Both the position numbers and the translations under genes were made by a program. Shown here in pieces: positions 12,741 to 24,384 of a stretch of 64,000 nt of DNA (position 1 is the stretch's first letter; each line of letters opens with the position of its first letter). The stretch is from positions 26,536,001-26,600,000 of the forward strand of contig NC_043003.1 in NCBI RefSeq assembly GCF_006345805.1, given 5' to 3'. This DNA is from Octopus sinensis. Lineage: Eukaryota. The notes under the pieces are model-generated. The model worked only from the letters and a program-made list of their open reading frames with translations. It did not search any database and was not told the origin of the DNA.

Positions 12741-13044
12741 CTGGCAACGATCACGCTCGGATGGTGCTCTTACGAAGGCAATGACAAAGGTTTAAAATAT
12801 ATGGAGCATTGCTGTACTCAAGATGACCTGCCCTCCACAACAGAATTGACATCCCAAAACCACCTTGGTAATGCTTGTCCATGAAGGGTGCTGGTGCTGG
12901 AGGAAGGGTATTAAGCCATAGAAATCAAGCTAAAACAGATGACTGGAACCTGGTGCAACTCTTGCGCTTACCAGCTCCTGTTAAACCATCCAATCCATGC
13001 CAGCATGGAAAACATGTTAAATGATGATGCCCTTCTTTATTTAA

Positions 13045-14126
13045 CCCTTTCGTTACTATATTTCTGACCAAATTACACCCTTTATGTGTTTCAATTAATT
13101 TCTAACGTAATCATAAATTTAGTCTGGTTTCATTAAACAACTATAACTTTTTTATTTATCGATATATTAATCTGATTTTTGGAAGATAATTTAATGAAAT
13201 ATTCTCAACCAATTCTATACTATAATTTTTGTCACAAAGTGACTCTATTTGCAGGTAGATACAGGTAAATTCCACAAAATATAAAATTATTAAAATTTTG
13301 TTCAAACATCGCTATAGAAAATATTAGCTAATATTCAATTGGGTATACAACAAAATTTTACGATAGAATTTGTTATTCTGGGTAACTTTCTGATACCCAT
13401 AATAATATTTATGGCAAAATAGGCCTTAATTTCATTTAAGGTTGTGGGAAATAACAAACTATCCTTTCTTTCGTTTTGTTTACGTTTAGCGTAACGGTTC
13501 GTTTTCGCTGTAATGATTTCAAATAGGCTCATTCGAAAAAGTAAATAGAAATAGCCTAAGGCTTTACCCTTCTGGGAAAGTCTGTGGCTTGGTCCAGTTT
13601 CTTCAGAAAAATCACCGAAAGAAACAGTTTTTAAATTTTCACTCCATTCAGGTGCCAATTCGTTTTCTTTATCGCTATCGGAGATCTCAGATTCACTGTT
13701 TTCACTTTCGGAAAATGAAACATCAAATTCATTATCAAATACCATGTGCTTTTTTTTTTCAGTCATAGAGTTAGATTTATGAAGGTCTTCAGTAGAAAAT
13801 CCTTCGAATTCTGACTCGCTGCTTGATATAATGAAATTCGTATCCATTTTTTGTCAGAATTACAAATTTTGAAAACACAATAGGAACAAATTTCGGAAAA
13901 AAATCTCCCAAAATTCACGGAATTAAAATTACACTTCGATTATTGTACAAAACTGTAGTTGAACTGTTTACGAAGTATAATACGTGTTTTCACGAATGTA
14001 CTGAAGAGATTTGCTCTGATATTCTCATTTAAATATGAATAGGTAAACTCGGGCGGCTTTGGGTGGTTTGGTTTCATAAACCAAAATTTTTTTCGGGCGG
14101 CTTTGGGCGGTTTGGTAACGAAAGGA
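13045..14126 (-). mobile_element. Internally deleted piggyBac with a transposase N-terminus
   Basis: TTAA-CCCTTTCGTTAC left end and GTAACGAAAGG right end; ORF 13335-13847 is acidic, then YFYLLF...TNRYA...TTLNEIKAYFAINIIMGIRKLP, typical of piggyBac transposases; no catalytic DDD region. Confidence 0.85.
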
Positions 14127-14444
14127 TGGTATCTGTATGATTTGAGGAAAATATGTTACTATTTCTAACAGGTTGAGTGACCCCATAGAGGCTTTCATGC
14201 TAGCTCAGTGGCTATACTGTTTCTTTAAATTTCTTTACATAGACACAGGTCCTCAAATTTTTAGATGAGGACAAGAGAAGTTGAGACATTAAAGCCTTAT
14301 CTTAACTTAGGAGTAAAGAAGCAACTCCAACCAGGTGTGAGAACTGGGTTTTGAACTCCTCCTGCTGGGAGCTTACTGCCACTCTGTGATTTGTGATTGA
14401 AAGGCTTTTGTCATTGATATTAACTTCTTTGTAATAGCGGGATT

Positions 14445-14490
<46 letters not shown>

Positions 14491-14639
14491 ACATACACCA
14501 TCTCCTACTCCCTCTCCTCCTTGTCTCTCTAAGGTAGGATGTACAAACGGACACAAATATTGTTTTGACAATATCAATAGTTAGGAGAGTTTATGTCCTT
14601 TGGTGCTCATTACCAGAAATTATCAAGTTGTTGTCATCA

Positions 14640-14823
14640 CTGACACAATACCGGTTGAATTCAATCCATCATCATCATTGTTGTCATCACCCTTATTGCT
14701 GATTATCGGCATTGTTCATTGTTGCTATTTTCATCCATTCATTCTTTATTTTCATCATCATCACCATGAACTGGTGTATTGTTCATCACCACTATCATCA
14801 TCACCATTATCACAACGATCTCT

Positions 14824-14854
<31 letters not shown>

Positions 14855-15480
14855 CTGACTCTACCATTGCCAGCATCACCACCATCATCATCATCATCAC
14901 CAACACCACCACTGTTATTGTCATCATGATCATCACTGACACTACCATCGTCACTATCATCATTGTCGTCATCACCAATAGCACCACTGTCATCACTACC
15001 ATCATCATCACCAACACCACCACTGTCGTCGCCACAATTATCCTCATCATCACCAACAACACCAGTCATCACTATCATCACCATCATCATCATCACCAAC
15101 TGTTGTCATCACTATCATCACCATCATTATCATCACTATCATCACCATTATTGTCATCATCATCACCAACACCACCACTGTTGTCATCACTATCATCACC
15201 ATTGTCATCACCATCATCATCCTCAGCATGTATTGGTCATCTCTATTATCATCATCATCATCATCATCACTACTATTTATCATCACCACTCACATGATGA
15301 TGATCATCATGATCATCATCGCCATCACCACCATCACTATCATCATCAACAGTAGTATTTGTTCATCACCACTGTCTTTGTCATCATCATCACCAACTGC
15401 ATCAGTTCCAGCAATGTTGTTTATCAACACAACCATGATGTCCATCAGCTGCAGTATCCTAAGCTCACCACCACCACATT
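14640..15480. repeat. (CAT/CAC)n simple repeat
   Basis: Low-complexity trinucleotide tract. Confidence 0.9.
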
Positions 15481-15533
15481 TTCCCCCCTCCAGCATTATC
15501 ATTATTAGAAGCAGTTTTATTACTATTTCTTAT

Positions 15534-15761
15534 TTCTTTATTACCCACCAGGGGCTAAACATAGAGGGGACAAACAAGGACAGACAAAGAGATTAAGTCG
15601 ATTATATCGACCCCAGTGCATAACTTGTACTTAATTTATCGAACCCGAAAGAATGAAAGGCAAAGTCGACCTTGGCGGAATTTGAACTCAGAACGTAACA
15701 GCAGATGAAATGACGTTAAGCATTTCGCCCAGCGTGCTAACACTTCTGCCAGCTCGTCGCC
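15534..15761 (-). mobile_element. SINE family B (tRNA head, Nin/Deu-like core) with an 18-bp target-site duplication
   Basis: TTTATTACTATTTCTTAT at 15516-15533 and 15762-15779; the sense-strand family core GTCGACTTTGCCTTTCATCCTTTCGGGGTCGATAAA resembles the Nin domain as recalled. Confidence 0.85.
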
Positions 15762-15789
15762 TTTATTACTATTTCTTATACTCACACAT

Positions 15790-16150
15790 ACATTATTTAC
15801 ATTCAGCGGATATTTGTCCTTAACACAATGTTTTGGCTGATATACCCTCCAGCCTTCTTCAGGTGTCTTTGGGGAAATACTAAGGTATTTTTCGATGTTA
15901 TTATTATTGTTTGTGTTCAGGTCACTGTTGGAATCGAACTCGGAATCTTGGGGTTAGTAGCCTGTGCTCTTAACCACTATACCATATGCCCGTGGGCATA
16001 TAGTAATAATGATAATAATAATAATAATAATAACAACATCGAAAAATACCTTAGGAATGAGAACCCAGGTTCAAAATTTCCCCAAGAAGGCTGGAGGGTG
16101 TATCAGCCGAAATGTGTTAAGGACAAATATCTGTCGAATGTAAATAATGT
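15790..16150. mobile_element. Head-to-head pair of a tRNA-headed element carrying a hammerhead motif
   Basis: - strand: GGGCATATGGTATAGTGG (A box)...GAGTTCGATTCC (B box), (AAT)n, then GACAC-CTGAAGA-A-GGCTG..CAGCC-AAAAC-ATT-GTGTT; inverted partial copy on + at 15994-16150. Confidence 0.7.
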
Positions 16151-16649
16151 ACAGAATTCCTCATCTCTTAAATATAGAAATGTTCTCACACATACATGTT
16201 TCTCCTTTTGGTGCCTCTCTGACTGATCTATTTTAGATCAATTAGCATTACCAATTTTTAAGGTAACACCACCACCACCACCACCACCACCATCAACCCT
16301 TCCATCATCACCATTTCCCCTACCACCATTCAGTACCAGTTTCCTTAACAACCATTTTGTTTAGGTGCCACTTCGAGTTGGCATTGTTTTGAAGTTAGTA
16401 ATTATTCATCTCTTGGCCAACGGTCACTAAACTGAGAGTGAAGGTCATTGAACTTGGAAAATGGAACTTGTTTAATATTGATTTTTTTACACAAGTTCAA
16501 CGCCACCAACAGCAGCAGCTGTTGTTGTTGTTGGCCAAAAGTTTGGCATTAAGGGAACTGAAAGCTTCTTCAGCATTTGTGAACATGTTGCAAAAAGCAG
16601 AAGAGTGAAGAATTGTGTCTTTTGGATGCAGTTCCAGATATTTGTGTGT

Positions 16650-17835
16650 GTGTGTGTAAGTGTAACACTGTCGCAGATATGGAAGCAGAATATCCACACT
16701 TCCAATATAGTGTGTGTGTGTAAGTGTAACACTGTCTCAGATACGGAAGCAGAATACCCACACTTCCAATATTGTGTGTGTGTGTGTAAGTGTAACACTG
16801 TCTCAGATATGGAAGCAGAATACCCACACTTTCAATATTGTGTATGTGTGTGTGTGTGTAAGTGTAACACCGTCCCAGATATGGAAGCAGAATACCCACA
16901 CTTCCAATATAGTGTGTGTGTGTAGGTGTAACACTGTCCCAGATATGGAAGCAGAATATCCACACTTCCAATATAGTGTGTGTGTGTAAGTGTAACACTG
17001 TCTCAGATACGGAAGCAGAATACCCACACTTCCAATATTGTGTGTGTGTGTGTGTGTGTGTGTAAGTGTAACACTGTCTCAGATATGAAAGCAGAATACC
17101 CACACTTTCAATATTGTGTATGTGTGTGTGTGTGTAAGTGTAACACCGTCCCAGATATGGAAGCAGAATACCCACACTTCCTATATAGTGTGTGTGTGTA
17201 GGTGTAACACTGTCCCAGATATGGAAGCAGAATACCCACACTTCCAGTATAGTGTGTGTGTGTAAGTGTAACACTGTCCCAGGTATGGAAGCAGAATACT
17301 CACACTTCCAATATAGTGTGTGTGTGTAAGTGTAACACTGTCCCAGATATGGAAGCAGAATACCCACACTTCCAATATTCTGTGTGTGTGTAGGTGTAAC
17401 ACTGTCCCAGATATGGAAGCAGAATACCCACACTTCCAATATAGTGTGTGTGTGTAAGTGTAACACCATCCCAGATATGGAAGTAGAATACCCTTACTTC
17501 CAATATAGTGTATGTTTGTGTGTAAGTGTAACAGTGTCCCAGATATGGAAGTAGAATTCCATTACTTCCAATATAATGTGTGTGTGTCTGTGTGTGGCTA
17601 TAACACTGTCCCAGATATGGAAGTAGAATACTCACACTTCCAATTTAGTGTGTGTAAGTGTAACACTGTCCTACATATAGAAGCAGAATATCCACACTTT
17701 CAAAATAGCGTGTGTGTGTGTGGTGGGTGGTGTAACATTGTCCCAGATATGGAAGCAGAATACTCACACTTACAATATAGTGTGTGTGTGTGTGTGTAAG
17801 TTTAACACTGTCCCAAATATGGAAGCAGAATAAAA
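16650..17835. repeat. Minisatellite: constant core of about 50 bp plus variable (TG)n, about 18 units
   Basis: Core AAGTGTAACACTGTCCCAGATATGGAAGCAGAATACCCACACTTCCAATAT. Confidence 0.95.
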
Positions 17836-18079
17836 CATTTTCTCAAATTATGGACATGTACCACCAGTGATGTGTATGGTGGTTGTGTGAAGTCTGTGGT
17901 GAACCACTGGTGCTACATGTGTTAGTTAAGGAGTTAAATTCCAAACCTCAGCTTAATAACGGCAAAGTTATTTTCCTAAATTCTTCATTATTTCTAAACT
18001 TAATTGAAACAAAAGTGTATTTCACCAGAGACATGGTAACAAGAGGATTAAGCAGTTCTGCTTTGCTGTTTGTTTTCAG

Positions 18080-18174
18080 AGAATCGATGGACGCCAACCT
18101 TATGATTATCGGCGACTGAAGATTACATTTGGTGTGGAAAGAGGCTGCTGCCAGGTAGAACTTGGTAAAACCAG
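18080..18174 (+). CDS. EXOSC9: Exosome complex component RRP45, first coding exon found (probably exon 2), 95 nt
   Basis: ttttcag|AGA...ACC AG|gtaagc; translates RIDGRQPYDYRRLKITFGVERGCCQVELGKT(R), matching the RRP45 N-terminal RLDGR..YDYR...GKTR motif as I recall it from human EXOSC9. Confidence 0.95.
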
Positions 18175-18326
18175 GTAAGCTTTTTGATTTTGTATTCATT
18201 TTTGTAATAGTTTTTGAAGGTACTTTGGGATTGAACATAGAACTGTGCAGAGTGAACTTTGTGTAAGCATGCATCCATGCTAACTCTTGAATTTATTAAT
18301 ATTTTACATTTGTGTATGCATGTGTT

Positions 18327-18356
<30 letters not shown>

Positions 18357-18357
<1 letters not shown>

Positions 18358-19760
18358 GATCTCTAGTGGTTAAGCTGTTTATTATTATTATTATTAGTAT
18401 TAGTATTATCCCTTTGACCCCCAGTCGACAATTTGTTTATTAGTATTATTATTTCGCCTCGTATTGCATATTCTGTATAATTTATTAGTTATTGTTGACC
18501 ATCGGTTTTTCCGGCCTCGTGTCTCGCTAAATACAGAATAGATATTTGAGTTTCTCCATACAGGATTTTTTCAATGGCGGCCGATTTTCGCGGGGTTCCA
18601 CTATTCCCTTCTCTCTCTCTCTCTCTCCCCCTCTTTTACGTTGTATGCCCTCCCCCCTCTTCCTTTCCCCCCTTCCATTGCTAAGAGCATTTTTAAGCCA
18701 GCCTGTCAAGTTCAACCTTCGCATACTCGCCGTGTCAGGCCGAAAAACGAAATGTTCCCAAGATAAGAAAATCTTTCTAATCTAATTCATCCCGTAATCT
18801 GTACCAGTAATATTCTCATGCAAATTTGTCTGATCTCTAGTGGTTAAGCTGTTTATTATTATTATTATTAGTATTAGTATTATCCCTTTGACCCCCAGTC
18901 GACAATTTGTTTATTAGTATTATTATTTCGCCTCGTATTGCATATTCTGTATAATTTATTAGTTATTGTTGACCATCGGTTTTTCCGGCCTCGTGTCTCG
19001 CTAAATACAGAATAGATATTTGAGTTTCTCCATACAGGATTTTTTCAATGGCGGCTGATTTTCGCGGGGTTCCACTATTCCCTTCTCTCTCTCTCTCTCC
19101 CCCTCTTTTACGTTGTATGCCCTCCCCCCTCTTCCTTTCCCCCCTTCCATTGCTAAGATTATTTTTAAGCCAGCCCGTCAAGTTCAACCTTCGCATATTC
19201 CCGGTGCACCCGCCCTTGCCCACCCCCACCACCAATACCGGATATCTCTATATTTTTGCTCCATCTATACCGGATGTCGCTTCTCCCACCACCATTATAG
19301 GTGTCTACTCTTCGAACCCCACTCTTCAATACGCTATTTCACCATGCATTACCCCTCTCGTGATATCCTACGTTCTACTTGTCTAGAACCTGTCATCGTT
19401 TCTCCGAACACCCCTCCCCACTGGTGCTCCCCTATATTTCTGCACCCTCCCCCCACATAAAAAGCACCATCCGAACGTGGCCGATGCCAGCACCGCCCCG
19501 ACTGGCTTCTGTGCAGGTGGCACATAAAAAGCACCAACTGACCGTGGCCGATGCCAGACCCCTCTGGCACCTGTGCAGGTGGCACGTAAAAAGCACCCAC
19601 TACACTCGCGGAGTGGTTGGCGTTAGGAAGGGCATCCAGCTGTAGAAACACTGCCAGACCAGACTGGAGCCTGGGGCAGCCCCTGGCTCCCCAGACCCCG
19701 GTCGAAACCGTCCAACTCGTGCTAGCACGGAAAACGGACGTTAAACGATGATGATGATGA
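18357..19760 (+). mobile_element. ORF-less RTE derivative: duplicated 5' region, 5'UTR core and 3'UTR
   Basis: About 474-bp period duplication (18357 and 18831); 19200-19450 resembles the reverse complement of about 8340-8650; 19453-19760 is the RTE 3' end with (GAT)n; (TA)n on both flanks. Confidence 0.7.
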
Positions 19761-20157
19761 TATATATATATATATGTGTGTATATATATATATCTGTAAA
19801 TATAATATGTGGCAATTATTCGGTAGCCATGATAAAACTTCAAGTCTCGGATGTTGGGGCGGAAACCCACGCCGCCCTCTCTTCAGTTATGTGTGTGTGT
19901 TATCATCATCATCATCATTTAATGTCTGTTTTCCGTGCTGGCATGGATTGGATGGTTTGACAGGATCTGGTAAGGTCATCCAATCTATGCTTGGTTAGTA
20001 TTGTAATACTGTTATATATATATATCAGACAAGTTATAAATAATGGTCATTTCATATTTTTCCATTATTAGAGCAAATTAGGTTTACAGCTGTTTCCAGT
20101 GGTCATTATAGATAGCAGTAATGTGCCACCTAGGAAAGTAGTGCCTACTTTGAATAA

Positions 20158-20381
20158 AATCTCAATCGAAGGAGAGGAGCTTTCTCCGTCCGGGTTGCGG
20201 ATCCGTGGAACAAGCTGCAAGACGAGATGGTGAAGATGCCGACGACCGCTTTGTTCAAAGCCTCCCTTGACCTCAAGTGGCCTGAACTTTTTACATGAAC
20301 ACCACCCTGTACTTAACTCCATGTCCCCCTACATGGCCTTGCTATTTGCTTTTGAGCCAAATTAACTAACTAACTAACTAA
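20158..20381 (+). mobile_element. CR1/L2-like LINE 3' fragment
   Basis: NLNRRRGAFSVRVADPWNKLQDEMVKMPTTALFKASLDLKWPELFT* followed by an (AACT)n tail. Confidence 0.8.
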
Positions 20382-21178
20382 ATAGATCGATAGCAACATT
20401 TTCCTTTTATGGCAAAATATGCACTTAATTCAATGAAATTATGAAGGTTACTCTGATTACTATTCATAAAATGCAAAATATTTCATTTTTTTTTTTGTTG
20501 ATAAGGTAGGCATAATTCACCCCTGCCTTTCAATCTCAGTATTTAAGCTACGTATAGTACTGCTGTAGTACATGTGCTGCGTACATTCCTACAACAACAT
20601 TTTCTGTACGTGTTATAAAGGCAGAAGTAAATCTGCCTTCAGCTCAGTCACACGATTGTGTTTCAGTTATTTTTCATGTGTTTTACTTCATAAATGTCAC
20701 CAACTGCCTACTCTGAGTAATTACTGACGGCACCTGCCAGCATTATAGGTATGTTTCTGATTGGTTTACTCAGTTGGTCTATTGATCAGTTGAGAAAAAT
20801 TAAATGACCTAAAAAAATTGATCTTACTTTCATCTGAGCCATTTCTGGTTATAACAAAGCAGAACACTGAAGGAATGGTGAGTGCACGGGGAAAGGAGGA
20901 AAAGATGGAATATCTTTATTAATATGTAGCAGAAATAAGTGACTCAGGGTCTGAAAGTTTCATGCATTGGCACTTATCAAACTGGTCAGCAATTGAAGGC
21001 CTGTGGGTTTATATAGTTGATAAATTTCCCTCTGGATTGCTCTAGAATGAATCATAATAATGTTTAAGTGCCTACGCACAAGACTCTTGGACCTTGAGTC
21101 ACTGTTTTACTTCTGCTAAATATTAATAAAAATATTCATATACTCATATCTTAAGTTCTATTTTCCCTATATGCATCA

Positions 21179-21221
<43 letters not shown>

Positions 21222-21368
21222 GTGAAATAGAAAGATGAATAATCTTGTAGCAGATTAATCAAAAGTTTAACCGATACCTTGGTAGCAAAAATCACAGCAG
21301 AAGACAGCACGGTTGGAGGTACAACCATATGGTGTTGCAACCGTGCGTTGGTGCGGATAATTGAAATT

Positions 21369-21556
21369 AAAATATTATTGGTGAATTGAAGAAATGGAGC
21401 TGAACGAAGATTGAACAGAAATCGTTTTATTTCATTCTACACGTTTTATTTCATTCTACAATTTTGGTAAATTGTGCCTTTCGAAACACGTGTAGAATGA
21501 AATAAAACGATTTCTGTTCAATCTTCGTTCAGCTCCATTTCTTCAATTCACCAATA

Positions 21557-21563
<7 letters not shown>
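21369..21563. repeat. Perfect 76-bp inverted repeat
   Basis: Arms 21369-21444 and 21488-21563, inside a unit flanked by (TA)n. Confidence 0.9.
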
Positions 21564-21621
<58 letters not shown>

Positions 21622-21624
<3 letters not shown>

Positions 21625-21943
21625 CGCAATGGCCCAGTGGTTAGGGCAGTGGACTTGCGGTTGTTGGATCATGGTTTTGATTCCCAGACTGCAGGGGGTG
21701 GTGGCGAATCCTGCTGTATTCTTTCACCACAACTTTCTCTCATTCTTCTTCCTGTTTCTGCTGTACCTGTATTTCAAAGGGCTAGCCTTGTCACGCTCTG
21801 CGTCATGCTGAATCTCTGCGAGAACTACGTTAAGGGTACACGTGTTTGTGGAGTGCTTAGTCACTTGCATGTTAATTTCAAGAGCAGGCTGTTCCGTTAA
21901 TCAGATCAACAGGAACCCTCGTCATCATAACCAAAGGCGTGCC
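21622..21943 (+). mobile_element. tRNA-headed SINE family C
   Basis: Head GCGCAATGGCCCAGTGGTTAGGGCAG; homologous to 61981-62290. Confidence 0.85.
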
Positions 21944-22332
21944 ATGATTCATATTAAAGATTGGTCAAAATTCACCCGACAGTAAATCAAAATTCCATAA
22001 ATACCTAAAATTCAATTTTATTTATTCATTCCAATTATGAATGTTTAATAATTGAATACTGTGAGTTAAACTCACCGTTTTTTTTCAACATTTGTCTATT
22101 TATTAGTGAATGCTCATATAAAATGATTTTTTGTTTTAATCTTGAAATTAAATGGTTCTGATTTACTGTCAGGTGACTTTTGGCCAACCCAGTATATATA
22201 TATATATATAATTTTTTCAGTCTGTGAAGAAATGGCTAAAATTTGCCCTATTTATAATTATACCATATATTGCATATATATAAAACTTAATTCATGTTTT
22301 CTTTTCTAATGTTATTTCTTAACATTTTTCAG

Positions 22333-22452
22333 AGTTTTGGCACAAGTAACAGCAACTGTAGGGCAACCGAAACCTAATCGTCCCACAGATGGCATCCTGT
22401 TTGTTAATGTGGAACTCTCTCCTATGGCATCGCCGGCGTTTGAACCTGGAAG
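22333..22452 (+). CDS. EXOSC9: RRP45 coding exon, 120 nt
   Basis: tttttcag|A...GGA AG|gtgagg; VLAQVTATVGQPKPNRPTDGILFVNVELSPMASPAFEPG(R); phase continuous with neighbours. Confidence 0.95.
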
Positions 22453-23039
22453 GTGAGGAAACCATCAGCTTCTCTAACATTTGATTACAAGTCCAGTATC
22501 CGATTCCAAACCTCTTTGAAAGTTGCATACAGCAATCCCAGTAAGCTATTGCACGGTTGTTCAGCTCAGCCTATTAGAAATAGCAGCCAAATCTCTCTCA
22601 AATTACACAGTATTGTCTTAAAAGAGGAAAGATGGAAATATGTGTGACAGTTTCTTGCATATTGTTTCAGTATGTTAATTTGTTGCATGCCAGTATTAGG
22701 AGAGAGAGAGAGAGAGAGACACACACACACACACACACACACACACATTTATATATAACGTAAAAGCACTCATGCCAGTGTCACTTAGGTAGTAACTATG
22801 CTGGTGCCATGTATAAAGCATCTGTACTGGTGCCATGTAAAAAGCAACAAGTACCACTCTGTAAAGTGGTTGGCATTAGGGAGAGCATCCAGCCATAGAA
22901 ACCATGCCAAAGCAGACAATTGGAGCCTGAAGCAGCTCTCCAGCTGGTCATCTCCTGTTAAACTATCCAGCCCATGCCACCATGGAAAATAGATGTTAAA
23001 TGATGAGGAGGATGACACACACACACACATGCGCACATC

Positions 23040-23400
23040 TCTTATATAAAATCCGTTCTGTCTGTCTGTGTATGTGTCTTCTAGGATCTCGGGCATCCTC
23101 CATCCAATTCTGCTCAAATTTGATATGTAGATACCGATGGTATCAAGGCATGTATAAGTCTTGAAAAAATTACAAAAGTCGATTCCAGGTGAGAATGCGA
23201 TTGATAAAGCCGTGGGAACGTGCATTTGTACGCGCAAGTACATCAGCTGTTGCGATTGATACTACGCGTACACGAGAAAGAGTCTATATTTATTTCTTCT
23301 TTCGCTGGTGTCTTAAATTTAGGTTAAATCAGTGTTTCTCAAAGGAGAGGCCTATAGGACAGTCAGACAAGTTGTTTTGAGAAAATTTGGTTTAAATGTT
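23040..23400. mobile_element. Possible Helitron/Helentron-type non-autonomous element
   Basis: Starts TCTTATATAAAA...CTGTCTGTCTGT followed by CCAATTCTGCTCAAATTTG, resembling DINE/HINE organisation. Confidence 0.35.
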
Positions 23401-24281
23401 TGACAACTCAGCACCATCCATTGGAAGGAGGTGTGTTTTGCTCGTACATTATATGTATGTTGGATGGGAGAAACAGCAAAAAGAGGCTCTTGTTATGAAG
23501 CAAGAGAGAGAGGAATTAAGATAGAATCCAGATGGAGATGATGACCAGTGGTTTGGTCACCTCAGCTGGCTTGCCAACGAGTGGGTGTTATGGTTCAGGG
23601 TTGAAACATCTGATAATTCATCATCATCATTGTCATTTAATGTCCGCTTTCTATGCTGACATGGGTTGGACGGTTTGACATGGTGCTGGCTAGCAGGGAG
23701 CTGTCCAGACACCAACTGTCTATTGTGGCATGGTTTCTATGGCTGGATGCCCTTCATAACACCAACCACTTAACAGAGTGCGCTGGGTGCTTGATATGTG
23801 CCACTGGTATGGGTGCATCTATGCAGTACCAGCATGGGTGCTTTTTAAGAGGCACCAGCACTTGAAAGGACAAGCCTGTATGTGTGGAAGACAATGGTTT
23901 TACCTAGCTTGACGTATCTTATCAAGTACAGCAAATCGCCACATCCTCCTGGTTCAAAGCTCCATTCATTTGAAAATGAAGCACCTTCTTTTAGGTATTG
24001 TCAATAACTAACTTATGTTCTATGACAAGATGAACTCTTTGGATTACAGATACAGTCCTTTCGATGAGCTTCCTCACAGTTTCCATCTACTATTAAATTT
24101 ATTCCCACAAGGCATTAATCAATTTGAATCTTTGGTAGAAAACACTTGCTCATGATGGTACACAATGGGATCAAAACTGGAACCATGGTGTTGCTCTTCT
24201 CATTTGTCTGCCGTTCCATGCCATCCTGTGATATCACTGTTCCACATCCTAATCTCTTCATTCTACAACTGGTCTTGACAG

Positions 24282-24384
24282 GCTTTCCGAATTTGGAGTT
24301 TATGTGAATCGTCTGATGGAGCGGTGCCTGAAGGAGTCCCGTTGTTTAGACACTGAGTCACTTTGCATCGTTGCCGGGGAGAAG
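24282..24384 (+). CDS. EXOSC9: RRP45 coding exon, 103 nt
   Basis: gacag|G...GAG AAG|gtaagc; LSEFGVYVNRLMERCLKESRCLDTESLCIVAGEK. Confidence 0.95.

Noticed and set aside
11401-15600. Poly-His/Ile/Ser/Asp ORFs, with similar ones at 46024-47186
   Set aside because: Translations of (CAT/CAC)n microsatellites.
16570-17469. 299-aa repetitive ORF and CRISPR-like look of the array
   Set aside because: The spacers are just (TG)n rather than unique sequence, the DNA is eukaryotic with no cas genes, and the ORF is a by-product of the repeat.
1-18079. EXOSC9 first coding exon
   Set aside because: I found no ATG-initiated segment of about 66 nt resembling the RRP45 N-terminus with a donor site. It is probably upstream of the window or too divergent to see by eye.
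20863-20877. 15-nt candidate poison microexon (cag|AACACTGAAGGAATG|gtgagt) that would create TGA
   Set aside because: The donor is good but the acceptor has no polypyrimidine tract. It is not needed for the frame and cannot be supported without RNA reads.
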